Below the pieces are notes generated by a model. That model ran no database searches, had not been told where the DNA came from, and worked only from the letters and a program-made list of their open reading frames with translations. This document shows positions 22,799 through 35,300 of a DNA stretch of 64,000 nt, in pieces; the stretch's first letter is position 1; each line of letters starts with the position of its first letter. This DNA comes from Anolis carolinensis (lineage: Eukaryota). A program made the translations under genes and the position numbers. The DNA lies in NCBI RefSeq assembly GCF_035594765.1, contig NW_026943821.1, positions 248,001-312,000 of the forward strand, given 5' to 3'.

Positions 22799-25700
22799 TG
22801 GGATTGGATTCCACCCCCCCTCCCCCCCTCCGGCCCCAGGGATTAGTCACAGGGCGGGCGGCGCGGTTTGCAAGGAGGGAGGGGGGCTGGGAGGGGGGGG
22901 CAGAGGGGGGGGGCGGGGCCAGGGCCCCTCCGACTTCCCGCCCACTTTCCCTTTTCTTTCCAAACTTCCCCCCTTCCCCCCCCCCCACTCCCTTCCAGGA
23001 AATCCCTCTCAAGGAGCCAAAGAGTTTCCCAAAGTAGAGCGAGGAGGGGAGACCCCCCCATGGCAAAAAGTAAAAGGAGGAGGGGCTGTTGGAGGTGCCT
23101 TCATCTAAGGTCCCCCCCCCCCCTTTCAAACAGAGCCTGGTCGGAAGCAATGGGAAAGCAGTGTAATGGAGGCAAGGCTGCCAAACACTTGGCCCTTTGT
23201 TGTATGTTTTTCGGGCTGTATGGCCATGTTCCAGAAGCATTTTCTCCTGAGGTTTCGCCCAAAATATACAACAACCCTGCGATCCCGGCTATGAAAGCCT
23301 TCGACAACACACTTGGCCCTTTGTTGTATGTTTTTCGGGCTGTATGGCCATGTTCCAGAAGCATTTTCTCCTGAGGTTTCGCCCACATCTATGGCGGTTG
23401 TGAGGCCACCTCTGAGGATGCCTGCCATAGCTATGGGCGAAACCTCAGGAGAAAATAACAATAATACAGTAGAGTCTCACTTATCCAAGCCTTCGCTTAT
23501 CCAAGCTTCTAGGAGCCTCTGGTGGCCTAGGGGATAAAAGCCTTGTGACTTGAAGGTTGGGTTGCTGACCTGAAGGCTGCCAGGTTCGAATCCCATCCAG
23601 AGAGAGCGAGGATGAGCTCCCTCTATCAGCTCCAGCTCCATGCGGGGACATGAGAGAAGCCTCCCACAAGGATGGTAAAAACATCAAAACATCCGGGCAA
23701 TGTCCCCTGGGCAACGTCCTTGCAGACAGCCAATTCTCTCGCTCCAGAAGCAACTCCTAACACAAAAAAAAAATCCAAGCTTCTGGATTATCCAAGCCAT
23801 TTTTGTAGTCAATGTTTTCAATATATCGTGATATTTTGGTGCTAAATTCGTAAATACAGTAATTACAACATAACATTACTGCGTATTGAACTGCTTTTTC
23901 TGTTGATTTGTTGTCAAACATGATGTTTTGGTGCTTAATTTGTAAAATCATAACCTAATTTGATGTTTAATAGGCTTTTCCTTAATCTCTCCTTATTATC
24001 CAAGATATTCACTTATCCAAGCTTCTGCCGGCCCGTTTAGCTTGGATAAGTGAGACTCTACTGTATTTATTTATTTATTTATTACACTTGTATACCGCTA
24101 CTCCCAGTTTGGCTCGGGGCGGTTTACAGAAATAGATTAAAACAATACACTTAGCTTTAAAATAACAATAAAAACAGACATAGCCCCAAGTTTTTCACCC
24201 ATCGAAAGCTTGTCGGAAGAGCAAGGTTTTGCAGACTTTTTGAAAGGCAAGTAGGTCTCAGTTCGCGTTTAATAATAATAATAATAATAACTACAGTAGA
24301 GTCTCACTTATCCAACATAAACGGGTCAGCAGAATGTTGGATAAGCGAATATGTTGGATAATAAGGAGGGATTAAGGAAAAGTCTATTAAACATCAAATT
24401 AGGTTATGATTTTACAAATTAAGCACCAAAACATCATGTTAGACAACAAATTGGACAGAAAAAATAGTTCAATACGCAGTAATGCTATGTAGTAATTACT
24501 GTATTTACGAATTTAGCACCAAAATATCACGATGTATTGAAAACATTGACTACAAAAATGCGTTGGATACTCCAGAACGTTGGATAAGTGAGACTCTACT
24601 GTATTATTAAATAATAGTAACTATTTTTATACCCCGCCTCAATCTCCCCAAAGGGGACTCAGGGCGGCTGACATGGGGCCAATCCCGAATAAAAACAATC
24701 GCAATATAAGACACAACAGTAGACAAGAGACATGCACAATTATAAAAATTTAAACATGACAAAAACGAATAAAAACATGGATTAAAACAGAGAGGTTGTA
24801 AAAGTAGAGGTGCACCATATAAAATGCTTCTGCATCATGGCCAGACAGCCCAGAAAACACGCAGCCTTGTAAAAGCCTTCGACAACACACTTGGCCCTTT
24901 ATGCGTGACGGTTGCCCCGCTCCAGCCCTGAGGATGCCTTTTGCCTGAGCAGCCCCCCCTCACCCGCTCTCCCACTCGCATATGGGGCTGGTGGTGGCGT
25001 GTGGGTGGCAGGCCTCAGTCGTGACGGTTTCCTCTGTCTGGGGGGGGGGGGGCACGGCTATGGCGGTTGCGGCTCTTGGTGCCAGGCCCGGCTTGCCAGC
25101 CAACACTCAGCCTTTGCCTGGCAGCAGAGCCGGTCGGGATTAGTGGGTGAGACTCGGCGGCAGCAGCCACCCACGCGCCCCCCAACACGGGCCAAGATGA
25201 AGGTTCTGGGAAGCCCACCCAGAGGCCCACATTGCAATGCGAGAGTGCGCTCCTGGTAGACTTTGGCCTGCCAGGTGTTTTGGACTGCAACTCCCACCAT
25301 TCCTGGCCTCAGGCCCCTTCCTTTTCCCCCTCCGCCGCTTAAGCGGCGGAGGGGGAAAAGGAAAGGGCCTGAGGCCAGGAATGGTGGGAGTTGCAGTCCA
25401 AAACACCTGGAGGAAAGGCACAAGTTGACCCATGCATATGGTACCCTTGCAATGCCTCCTGCACCCCACTTTTGGTTGCTCTTGTTGCAATAACGCGTGT
25501 ATTTCTTCCATTGCAAGGCGCCATCGATGGTCAGATGCGCCCCGATTTTGCCACTGCCAACGATCTATAAGACACCCCTGCGATGCGAAGATGCGCCCCG
25601 TTTTAGTGCGCCTTGGAGTGGAAGAAATAGAGGAATGGTGTTCTGCATTTTGGGGGTGATCAACGCCACTGCGGCCAGAGTGTGTCGAGATGCTCTGGTG

Positions 25701-27529
25701 TGCAGTCGTGATGATGATGTTGGAGGGTTTGTAATAGGCCAGATTGGAAGGGGGGGGGCTCTGCATGCGTATTGTCCTCCGTGGCTGCCCAGGAGCCCTC
25801 CTGTGGGGCTGGTGGGCCCAGCGATGGCGGTGGTATCTGGCCGTGCCAGCCGGGAGAACAGTGGCCCATTCAGCCGCGCTGGGCAGGCAGGCGGGTGGGT
25901 GATGTCACGGCCGCCCCCTCCTCCCCCCTGGCTAATTAGGGAGAACAGGCCCGTGAGTGTGTGACTGAGGCTTGGCTTGTGGGGGGGAGTGGGGTGACTC
26001 AGAGGCTGGGGGTGCCATACTGGCTTCCCTCCTCCTCTTCTTTCTCCCCCTCCTCCACCCGCCCCCAATGTCTCCACGAACTGGCACCCCCTCTTTTCCT
26101 CTACCCCCCCCCCACCTGTACAGGTGACGCAGGTGTGATGCCCGCTCTTCCCCAGACCCCCCACCCTGTCTCCTTGGAAAGCACCCCAGGAGCAGCACCC
26201 CACTTGAGCTCCTGTGGATCCCCCCCCCCAATTAATTCTCCATCTCTCCCCGGCTTCCACTGAGTCGTGGGGTGCTGCCACCCACTTTCCCTCCCGTTTT
26301 ATTTTTAGCCGGTTGTCTCCCTTGCTGTCGCCTGTTGCTTGGAGACTGGTGCCTGCTGCTGGTGGTGGTGGTGGTGGCATCTGCGTGTGGCGTGTTCGTG
26401 CGAGGGATGCGCGTGGTGGGGCCAGAGAGCGTGGCACATGGGCGCACCACTCCTGGCGCTCCCTCTGGGCGTGGGGGCCCCTCGAGCACCCACATGCCCT
26501 GGCCTCTTTGAGGGGGGTGCGGGCGCCCCGCGTTCTGCCCCGCTGGGGCACTCGTGGGCGCAGCCTCCCCCGCCCCCCGCCCTCCCCCTCGACCGCCGCG
26601 ATGACATCACCGCCCTAATGGCTCCTCCGTCTCTGCGATGCCCTTGAGCTGGCGCCCGCGTCCCAGCCTCCATTACAGGGCCCTGAATTATTGATGGGCT
26701 CAGAGCGCCTGGGGTTTGGGAAATGGGAAACCGCAGCCCCCCGCCCGCCCGCCCGCCCTCCCTCCCTCCTTTCCCCTCCAGCCCCCTCCCCAGGAGGCCA
26801 GTGCAAGTGGAGCAGGCCCAGAAGACCCCACCCAGGGAAGGGGTGCTGCCTGCATTTGGGGCGGGGGTCTCCAGTCTTGTGAGCACCAGGGCCTCTGTGC
26901 GCTGGCCTAGGGCTGCAGAGCATGGCCAGGCCCCTCCACACACACCCCAAGCCTTGTGCCAGCACCTGGCCTGCCTCGCAGGGATGTTGTGAGCGTGCAA
27001 ACTGCCCGTAAGGGGGAAATGTTCCAAAGAGAGCGGCTCTCCTTCATTCCTTCCTTCCTTCCTTCCTTCCTTCCTTCCAAAAATATCTCCCTGGCTGGGA
27101 GGACTGCTTTGTTTACGGGACACCGCTGCAGGGCATGCTGGGAAAGGCCCATTGTCGTCCCTCCTGGACTTCCTGTTTGCAAAAGGAGGGCAGCAGGGAG
27201 TTGGGACGGCCCTTCCTCCTGGCCAAGCAGGGCCTGTGGCATGGGGGGGGGGGGTCCGGGGTCAAAGGCCGCCCTGAAGCCCTGGGGCCACCAGGGAGTC
27301 CATGGGGGGGCAGGAAGGGAGGGCTCCCAAGGCCCCCCCTCCTCCTCCTCTTGGCCTTCCACCCCTCCCCCCCTCCCTCCCTCCCTCCCTCCCCAGGAAT
27401 GCCTGGGCGGCTGCAGCAGCCTCATGGCTGGAAAAAAGGGCCCCTTGTCTGGAGCTGCTGACCTCAGCCGCTAGCCATACCCCCCCCCCCCCCGCTCCCT
27501 CCTCCGCTGCTGCCGTTTGCCCAGGACTC

Positions 27530-27570
<41 letters not shown>

Positions 27571-30500
27571 ATGGCAGCAGCACACAAAGGATAAAAGGCA
27601 GCCCCCCCCCCCCGTCCCTCCTTTGCACACTTCCAAACATGTCGAGGCCCCTCCTTCACCTCCCCAAAGCCGTGGGGCCTGCTTTCCTCCCAGTCCCCCG
27701 ATTTCCCACCACAGCCCTCCCTCCCTCCCTCCCTCTCTTTCTCTCTCTCTTTCCCTTTTCTTCCTCCTTGAGAGTATCTTGGCACTCAAGCATAGTGTGT
27801 TTTGTGGGAAGGGGGGGCACCCAGGTATGTCTCCCCAGGGTCCAGCCCTGAGTTTGCCAAGTGCCAAAACTCCCCGTGTGTGTCTGTGTGTCTGGAAGCC
27901 TTTCCTCCAGGTAGGGAGGGGTCTGAGATCCTCCAATTCCTCCCACCCATTAGAAGGAGGAGGAGGAGGATCTGGTTGGGACCTCGCCTGGAAGTCGCAA
28001 GGCGGCTTGGCCGTCCTCCCAGATGCCTCCTGAGAGAGAGAGGGAGGGAGGGAGGGGGGCGAAGGGGGGCGGCGCTGGCGGCACAGAGGCAGCCGTGGCC
28101 GGGCAGCCGGTTTCCTGTTTCCCCCCTGCGCCCCCCCCTGACCGCTCCCCCCTCCCTCCAGTCAGAGAAGTCTTAGAGAAGTTGCAGCGCTCTTGCCTCC
28201 TCCCTCCCTCCCTCCCTCCCTCCCTCCTGCTCTGGGGCTCTGAACGACCCACAGACCGACCAACCACTGGGATGCAAGACAGGGAGGGAGGTAGGGGTAA
28301 GGGAGGACCCCCCCCCTGCTTTGCCTTCGGGAAAGTGCTTTCGTGTTCTCTGGGGTCTCGGGGGTCTCACGCCTCTCTCCTCCCTTTGCCAGGGTTCGCC
28401 TTCCCCGACTGGGCCTACAAGCCGGAGTCGAGCCCCGGGTCTCGGCAGATCCAGCTGTGGCACTTCATCCTGGAGCTGCTGCGCAAAGAGGAGTACCATG
28501 AGGTCATCGCCTGGCAGGGCGACTACGGGGAGTTTGTCATCAAGGACCCCGACGAGGTGGCCCGGCTCTGGGGGGTGCGCAAGTGCAAGCCCCAGATGAA
28601 CTACGACAAGCTCAGCCGGGCACTCAGGTGGGTGCCGGGGGGGCACACGCAGGGGGGGGGCTTCATAGGGAGGGAGGGAGGGGACGGGGCAACTTCCACT
28701 TCAGAAGCACAACAACGAAACTGCCTGTTTTTATTTGCTTCCGTCTTTGGGGCCAATGGAAATTCCCTCCTGCGTCAGTTTCAGGGGAAGCTCTTCCCGC
28801 ACAGAGGCCGCCCACGGCCAGCCCCTTCCTCCCCATGGAAGGGGGTTTGGCTCCAGATCCCTGCGCTGCCCGTGGGAGGGGGCTTCCATTTCCACAGCCC
28901 CGCAGAACATGTCCCCTCTCCCCATAGAACGGGGCCATCATGCCCAGCATGACTCTGCTTCCATTTCCTCCTTCTCCAGGTATTACTACAACAAGCGGAT
29001 CCTGCACAAGACCAAAGGCAAACGCTTCACCTATAAGTTCAACTTCAACAAGTTGGTGCTGGTCAACTACCCGTTCATCGATATGGGGATGGCAGGTGAG
29101 TGGGGCCATTTTTGAAGGGGTGGGGTGGGGTAGCGGGTTGTGCTGGCCCTCCAGGCTGTGATGGTGCCTGTCACCACGCGCTCGGTCTCAGTCCCAGTAA
29201 TGACCAAAACACAGCAAAAGGTATCATGGTCCTTGCTCCTCCCCGAGTAGAGACAGACTGACGATAGTCGGTTACAGCAGGTCATGTGACAAACAGGAGA
29301 AGGTGTGCGGTAGCAGCCCACCCACCACATTGCACGACGGGCGCAATAAGGGTTAAGCGGGGTCCCGTGTCAGAGCGGAAGCCCCCGTGGTCCAGTTTTC
29401 TGTTGCGACAAGGTATATTAGAGGCCGGCATTCCCTCTCTCGTGTTCCTTCATTACACTTCCTCCAAGTTGTTGTGTGCCTTCAAGTTCTAACTGAGGCC
29501 GTAAGGTTTTCTTGACCAAGCCTCAAAGCAGGCTGAGCGGGGTGCGAACCCTGCTCTCTCGGGGTCCCCACTGGTTATTCTGCCTGGCTGGACCAACCGT
29601 AACCGGACTGCAAGGTGACCGCGGTTTCCTCCTTGTGTCTCCGCAGGTGGCGCGGTGCCGCAGAGCGCTCCTCCGGTGCCCTCGGGGGGCTCGCACTTCC
29701 GCTTCCCGCCCTCCACGCCCTCGGACCTCCTCTCGCCCTCCGAAGACCTGCGCTCGCCGGGGGTCTTCTCGGCCGTGGCCAGGCGCCTGGCCCGGGGCTC
29801 GGTCAGCGACTGCAGCGACGGCACTTCGGCCAACTCCGAGGTGGAGGAGTCCCTGGCCGAGGAGCAGCGGCGCGGCGGAGGGGGGGAGGTGGGCTTCCGC
29901 GGGGGGCCCCTGCCGGGCCACCCGCGCTTGGCCCACGAGAGCCTCTTCCGGGTGTACCCCCGCCCCCGGCTGGCCCCCGAGCCCCTCAGCCCCTTCCCGG
30001 TCTCCCCGCTGGCCGGGCCGGCCGCCCTGCTGCCGCCCCCGCAGCTCTCCCCGGCGGGGCTGCCCCTGACCCCCTCCCACCTGAACTACACCCCCTCCCC
30101 CACCCTCAGCCCCATGTTCCCCCCCGGCGGGGGAGGGGGCGGGGGCTCCCACTTCTCCTTCAGCGCCGAGGACATGAAGCGCTACCTGCAGGCCCACACG
30201 CAGAGCGTCTACAACTACCACCTCAGCCCCCGGGCCTTCCTCCACTACCCCAGCACCATCGTCATCCCGCAGCCCCAGCGCCTGGAGAAGCCCCCGCTGC
30301 CGCCCCCGCTGCCGCCCCCGCCGGCCGAGGAGCCCCCCGCCCCCTTCAAGTTCAAGCTCCAGCCCCCGCCCCTGGGGCGCCGGAACCGCGACAAGCAGCA
30401 GGCCCCGCCCTCCGCCGCAGCCCCCGGCGAGCCCACCGGCGGGGGGCCCTCTTCCGCCACGGAGCCCCCCCTCCCGCCCCTCCCGCCGCTGCTGCCCCAG

Positions 30501-30980
30501 ATCAAGGTGGAGCCCATTTCGGAGGGAGAGTCCGAGGAGGACCTCACCGTGGAGGTGACAGACATCAGCGAGGACGAGGACGACGAGGAGGTCTTCAAGC
30601 CCCCCGCAGCGCCCCCCGAAAAGGCCGAGGAGCCGGAGGAGGAGGAAGTGGCGGGAGAAGCTCAGGTTGTGGCCGCCGCTGTGGCCGAAGCCCCGATGCC
30701 GTCCGCGTCCACAGCAGCCGCGATGGAGAGTGGCAAATGCATCCCACTGAAGCTGCGCTTCAAGCGCCGTTGGAGCGAGGACCAGCGGCTGGAGGCCGGA
30801 GCGGGAACCGAGGAGACGGACGACAAGAAGGTCAAGGGGGAGGAGAGTGAGGACAGCGGAGGAGGAGGAGGAGGAGGAGGCGGCGGCCTGGGGGCGGGGA
30901 CAGGGCACGGCGGCCGGCGGATCAGCACCGAGCTGCAGAGGGCAACGGCCGAACTGACCCTGGAGAACCGGGATTCCTAG
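21261..30980 (+). CDS. ERF: ETS2 repressor factor ERF; coding exons 21261-21282, 28393-28627, 28980-29095, 29647-30980 (568 aa)
   Basis: [37 protein letters not shown]...ETS domain...[22 protein letters not shown]; ERK-docking FSF and FKF motifs; C-terminal [13 protein letters not shown]...LENRDS. All junctions are GT-AG and the phases are consistent (1707 nt). Confidence 0.97.
23186..23460. mobile_element. Penelope-like element terminal fragments in tandem and inverted arrangement
   Basis: Repeated tgttgtatgtttttcgggctgtatggccatgttccagaagcattttctcctgaggtttcgccc and inverted ctgaggatgcctgccatag..gcgaaac; further remnant at ~24820-24940. Confidence 0.7.
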
Positions 30981-32561
30981 AGCCGGCCCCACAGAGACCG
31001 GCCACCAATGGACGGATGGACCACCGAGGGCACGGCTTTGCTGCCTTATCTCAGAGATGACCGGCCTTTCCTCCCGCCAGACTCCCCCCCCCACCTCCCC
31101 CCTCCCTCTTCTATCCCAAACTGTACATTTTATTGTTTCTTTTTATTGTTCCTTTTCTGGACGTGGGGGTGGGGGGGATATCAAAACAGTTTTTACTTGT
31201 CTATAAACGTATATATAATTATAAATATGACTATATATATAAATATATAAACTTTGCAGGGGTGGGGGATTTATAAAAGGATGTTGGTGCAACTTTTAGG
31301 AAACTCCCCCCCCCCTTTCCCTCAAAATGCAGTTCCAGGGCCTTTTTTATTGTTGTTGTTGTTGTTATTAGTGAGAGAGAAACAAATCAGGAAAAAGGAG
31401 CAGGAGAGAAACCGCCCTCCTTTCTTTGCCTTTATTGGGGGGACGTTAAGGCGGTGTTACAAAAGCTACCCCCCCCCCCTATTTCTGTCTCTTTTCTCCC
31501 CCTCCCGCAGCCGCCACAATTGGCGAGAATAAGCACAAGATAAGACTTTTCAGGACCCCCCTCCCCTCCCCTATATGGGACTGGAAGGAAAATTAGCCAT
31601 ACCTCCCCCTCCCCCCAATTGCACTCTCCCCTCCCCCCCAATAGCACTAAGAGGGGCGCCTGTGCCTGGGAGGTGGGAGGGGGAAGCTCGCCATGAAAGC
31701 CCCCCTTCTTGCCTTATAGAAACCCCCTCCTCTCTTTCCTGCCATAAAAGTGGGCAGGAAGCCCCCTCCTCTCTCTTCTGTGGCCCCTTTTGCAACCCAC
31801 CCACCCCCCAAAGAAATCTCCTCCAAAGTCCATCCCTTTACTTAACCAAAAAAGAAGCGGCGGCGGCCTCTGGCCCCGTTGTGCACGGCAGCTGCTCCCC
31901 CAAGTCTTGCTGGGGGGCAATGTGTTTTGGGGGGGGGTCCGAAGGGGCCTCTAAGTGCCTGATTAATAAGCTCCTGTTTTGGGGGGGATAATAGAAGGGG
32001 CGCGCCTCCCCTTGGGCTCCCCCCTTTCTCCCACCCAGCCCCCTTCGCCTCCCCCCAAAGGCAGTGGCGTTTGGGGGGGCCCTCAGTGCCTCCTTCTGGT
32101 TCCTTCCTTTCACTCCCAGAAATTCTGGCCAGAAACGGCCCGGGGGGGACGGCAGCCAGACGGTGCCTTCAGTTAAAAAAGAAACTAAGCAGGGATTCTC
32201 CATAGAAAACCCACATCTCCCCCCCCCCCATAAATCCCCCCAGGTTGCGCCCCAAGCCATGAAGGGCCCCCCAGGCCCTTGTTTCTGGGCGCCCTCCCCC
32301 CCCCCGCTCAGGCCCCGCCCTGCGTCGCAATTGCTCTTCTGTTGTTGTTGTTGTTGATATTGCTTCCAGACAAACCAACGTGCCCCCTCTCTGAGCCCCA
32401 CTTTTGGGGTCCGTTTCCACGCCGAGGGGTGTTTTATGCAGCCTTATCCAGATCCTTGTACATATCAAAGAATTGGGAGGGGGGGTCTCGATTTAAGAAT
32501 GTAAGCGGTTTTGGGGGGGAGGGGGAAGGGGGAAGACACGTTTTAAACAAAAGCAACCAAT

Positions 32562-32567
32562 AATAAA
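32562..32567 (+). terminator. Probable ERF polyadenylation signal
   Basis: AATAAA about 1.6 kb after the stop codon, followed by T/GT-rich sequence. Confidence 0.6.
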
Positions 32568-34134
32568 GGGTTTTGAGATTTTACAGCTTCGTGATCCCTG
32601 CTTTGGGTTTGTTCTCTGCAAATGGATGGTGCATCGCGGGCCACGTGAGGCCATCCAGACGGGTCGCTTTGTTCCCAATTGAGCGGCAGTGGCCCCTTTG
32701 GAAGGCACGTCCTGGGTTGGGGTGCTTGCCACGGGGCTCTAGGGCTTCGGACCACAAATCCTGAGCCTTTGTAGCAGGCGTGGCCCAACTTTGGCTGGTC
32801 GTCTGTTAGGAATTGTGGGGGCTGAAGTCCAAAACACCTGGAGGGCCGAAGTTTGGCCCTGCCTGGTTTATAGGGTGCAGCCATGGCAGGCATCCAGTCT
32901 GCTGACCGCAGTCCAAAGGGCCGGCCATTGAAATGTTTACCCAGCAGAGAATGGCCCTTTGGCCCTTGTTTACAAGGCGTGTTTGGAGGGGGGGGAGGCT
33001 GGTCAAGAACAGGCCTTTCCGGTCAGAACTTTCCAGGCTGATGTCCAGCGGCCGAGAGGAGGCCTGGCCTGGCCGGAGAAGGAGGGCCCGACTCCCGCCT
33101 TCAGGGCAGCTTTGGCCCTGGGTGGCAGGAAGGGAGGCTGGTTTATTTGGGAGCCCAAGGGAAGCCCCTAAATAAAAGGCCGAGAGCACCCTTCCCGGGT
33201 GCTTTTGGCAGGATTGATAGACGGATGTCGGGCAGTAACACGAGGCAACACAACTTGGGAATTCTGTTCCTGGCCTGAAAGCGTTGTTTCCTGTTTCGTT
33301 GTGCGGCCCTGACTTTGAAAGTACTTGTTATCCTCCAGAGACTTCATTTTTGTGGCATTTTTGTGCTGAATGGGTCGAGACTCGAGGATAATACATTCTT
33401 TGGAAAACGAGAGCAAAATGTGTCACAGCAGGACGCCCCTCCCGCAAAAACAAGAGTTTGGGCCGTTTAGTCTGCCCATGTTTTCCTGATGGAACCAATT
33501 AGGAAATGGCATTCACAACCCAGTGTTCGGTAGTGTCACGCACCACTTGGGCGGGAGGGGCGAAGGGGTTGTGGGTCTGGCATTTGGGAACCCTGCTGAG
33601 GCTCCCTGGGGGGGGGGGGGAGGGGGGAGGCCTGCTCCTGCTTGCCTTGGGTGCCTGCCCTCCCCCCCCCTCCCTCCCTCCCTTTGAAGGGGGAGCAGCA
33701 GCCAGGCAGGCAGGCAGGGAGGGAGGGAGGGAGCGGCGCCTCTCCTCGCCTCTGCCCCAGGCAACCCTCTTCCCTGCCAGAGCCAGCCAGCCGTCTGCAG
33801 AACTGGGCGCTGCCCCTTTGAGGAGCCTTGGGGGGGGGGGGAGAAGGGGGAGTAGGTGGGCAAAGCCTGGCGCCACCGGGGAGTGCAGCTCCCACACTCC
33901 CCCCCCCCACCAAGCCCCTTACGGAGCCCCACCTCTCAATACAACCCAGCTGGAGGGGGGCTGGGGAGAACGACCCCGCTTGCCCCAGCGCAATGCCCCC
34001 CTGGCAGGGAATTTCCCATTGAAGCCCCTTTTGGTGCCGGTCAAGGAAGGGCTGCCGGGAAGGCCACCCTGCAAGAGAGGCTCCGTGGCTGCCTTTGGGG
34101 GGCACGGCCTGGAACCTTTGGGGGGCACGGCTTC

Positions 34135-34540
34135 CCCTTCCTCCTCCTCTTCTTCCTCGTTTCCTTCCTCCTCCTCCTCTTCTCCATTTCTTCTTCCTTC
34201 TCTCATTCTTCCACCTCCTGTTCCTTTTCTTCTTCATCATCTTCCTCCTCTTGGTCTTCTTCCTNNNNNNNNNNNNNNNNNNNNNNNNNNNNNNNNNNNN
34301 NNNNNNNNNNNNNNNNNNNNNNNNNNNNNNNNNNNNNNNNNNNNNNNNNNNNNNNNNNNNNNNNNNNNNNNNNNNNNNNNNNNNNNNNNNNNNNNCCCCC
34401 CCTCTTCCTTGTCTCCCTCCTCCTCCTCTTCTCCATTTCTTCTTCTTCATCATCTTCCTCCTCCTCCTCCTCTTCTTCATTTCTTCCTTCTCTTCTCATT
34501 CTTCCTCCTCTTCATCTTCCTCCTCTCCTTCCTCTCCCCG
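34135..34540. repeat. (CTT/CCT)-rich low-complexity tract containing an assembly gap (N 34265-34395)
   Basis: Homopyrimidine run on both sides of 131 Ns. Confidence 0.9.
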
Positions 34541-34879
34541 TGGGGCCCACTCACACACACACTCAGGGGAGGGAGGGGGCTGGTTCTGCAGCTGCAACTG
34601 CAGCGTGACCAAAGGTTTAGACTGCCCAGGCCCACCTTTGCTCCGGGCCCTCCTCTTGGCTTAAGCTTCTTTGCGGCCTGAGCTTTCCATAGGCCTGGCC
34701 CGGCTTTGGAGGATTGTTTTCCAGCACTTTGGGGGGTCTGGGGGGGGGGGTCACAGGGAGGGGGGTACATGGGCCAATGGCCTCCCCCCATTCAATGGTT
34801 TCATAGGGAGCCCATGCCCTCCTGACCTGCCAACCTTCCCCTCCCCTCCCCAGTGACTATGCAGATGCTGGAAAACCAA

Positions 34880-35300
34880 TGCAATGGTATTCCCCACAGT
34901 AACCTATGGCTGCGAGAGCTGGACCATAAGGAAGGAAGAGAGAGGCTTTTGAACTCTGGTGCTGGAGGAGAATCCCGAGAGTGCCTTGGACCTTGGCAAG
35001 AAGATCCACCCAGTCCATCCTCCAGGAAATAATGCCCAATGGCTGCTCACTGGAGGGAAGGAGATGAGAGGCAAAGATGAAGTATTTTGGACACATCATG
35101 AGGAGACGGGAAAGCTTGGAGAAGATCACGATGCTGGAGAAAATGGAAGGAAAAACAAAGAGGGGCCGACCAAGGGTGAGATGGATGAACGAGATCCTTG
35201 AAGGGACTGGCTTGACCTCAAAGGAGCTGGGGGAGACCACGGCTGCTCTGGCCTGGGCTGGTCCACGAGGTCACGAAGAGTCAAAAACGACTAAAGAAGA
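34880..35300 (+). mobile_element. RTE/BovB LINE 3' fragment
   Basis: YGCESWTI..AFELWCWRR...KYFGHIMRRRESLEK..MLEKMEGK.KRGRP..RW, ending in gtcacgaagagtc. Confidence 0.85.

Noticed and set aside
29523-31094. 523-aa minus ORF and 411-aa alternative-frame ORF
   Set aside because: Stop-poor GC-rich shadows of ERF exon 4.
33506-34681. Long ORFs spanning the N-run
   Set aside because: Artefacts of low-complexity CT tract plus assembly gap.
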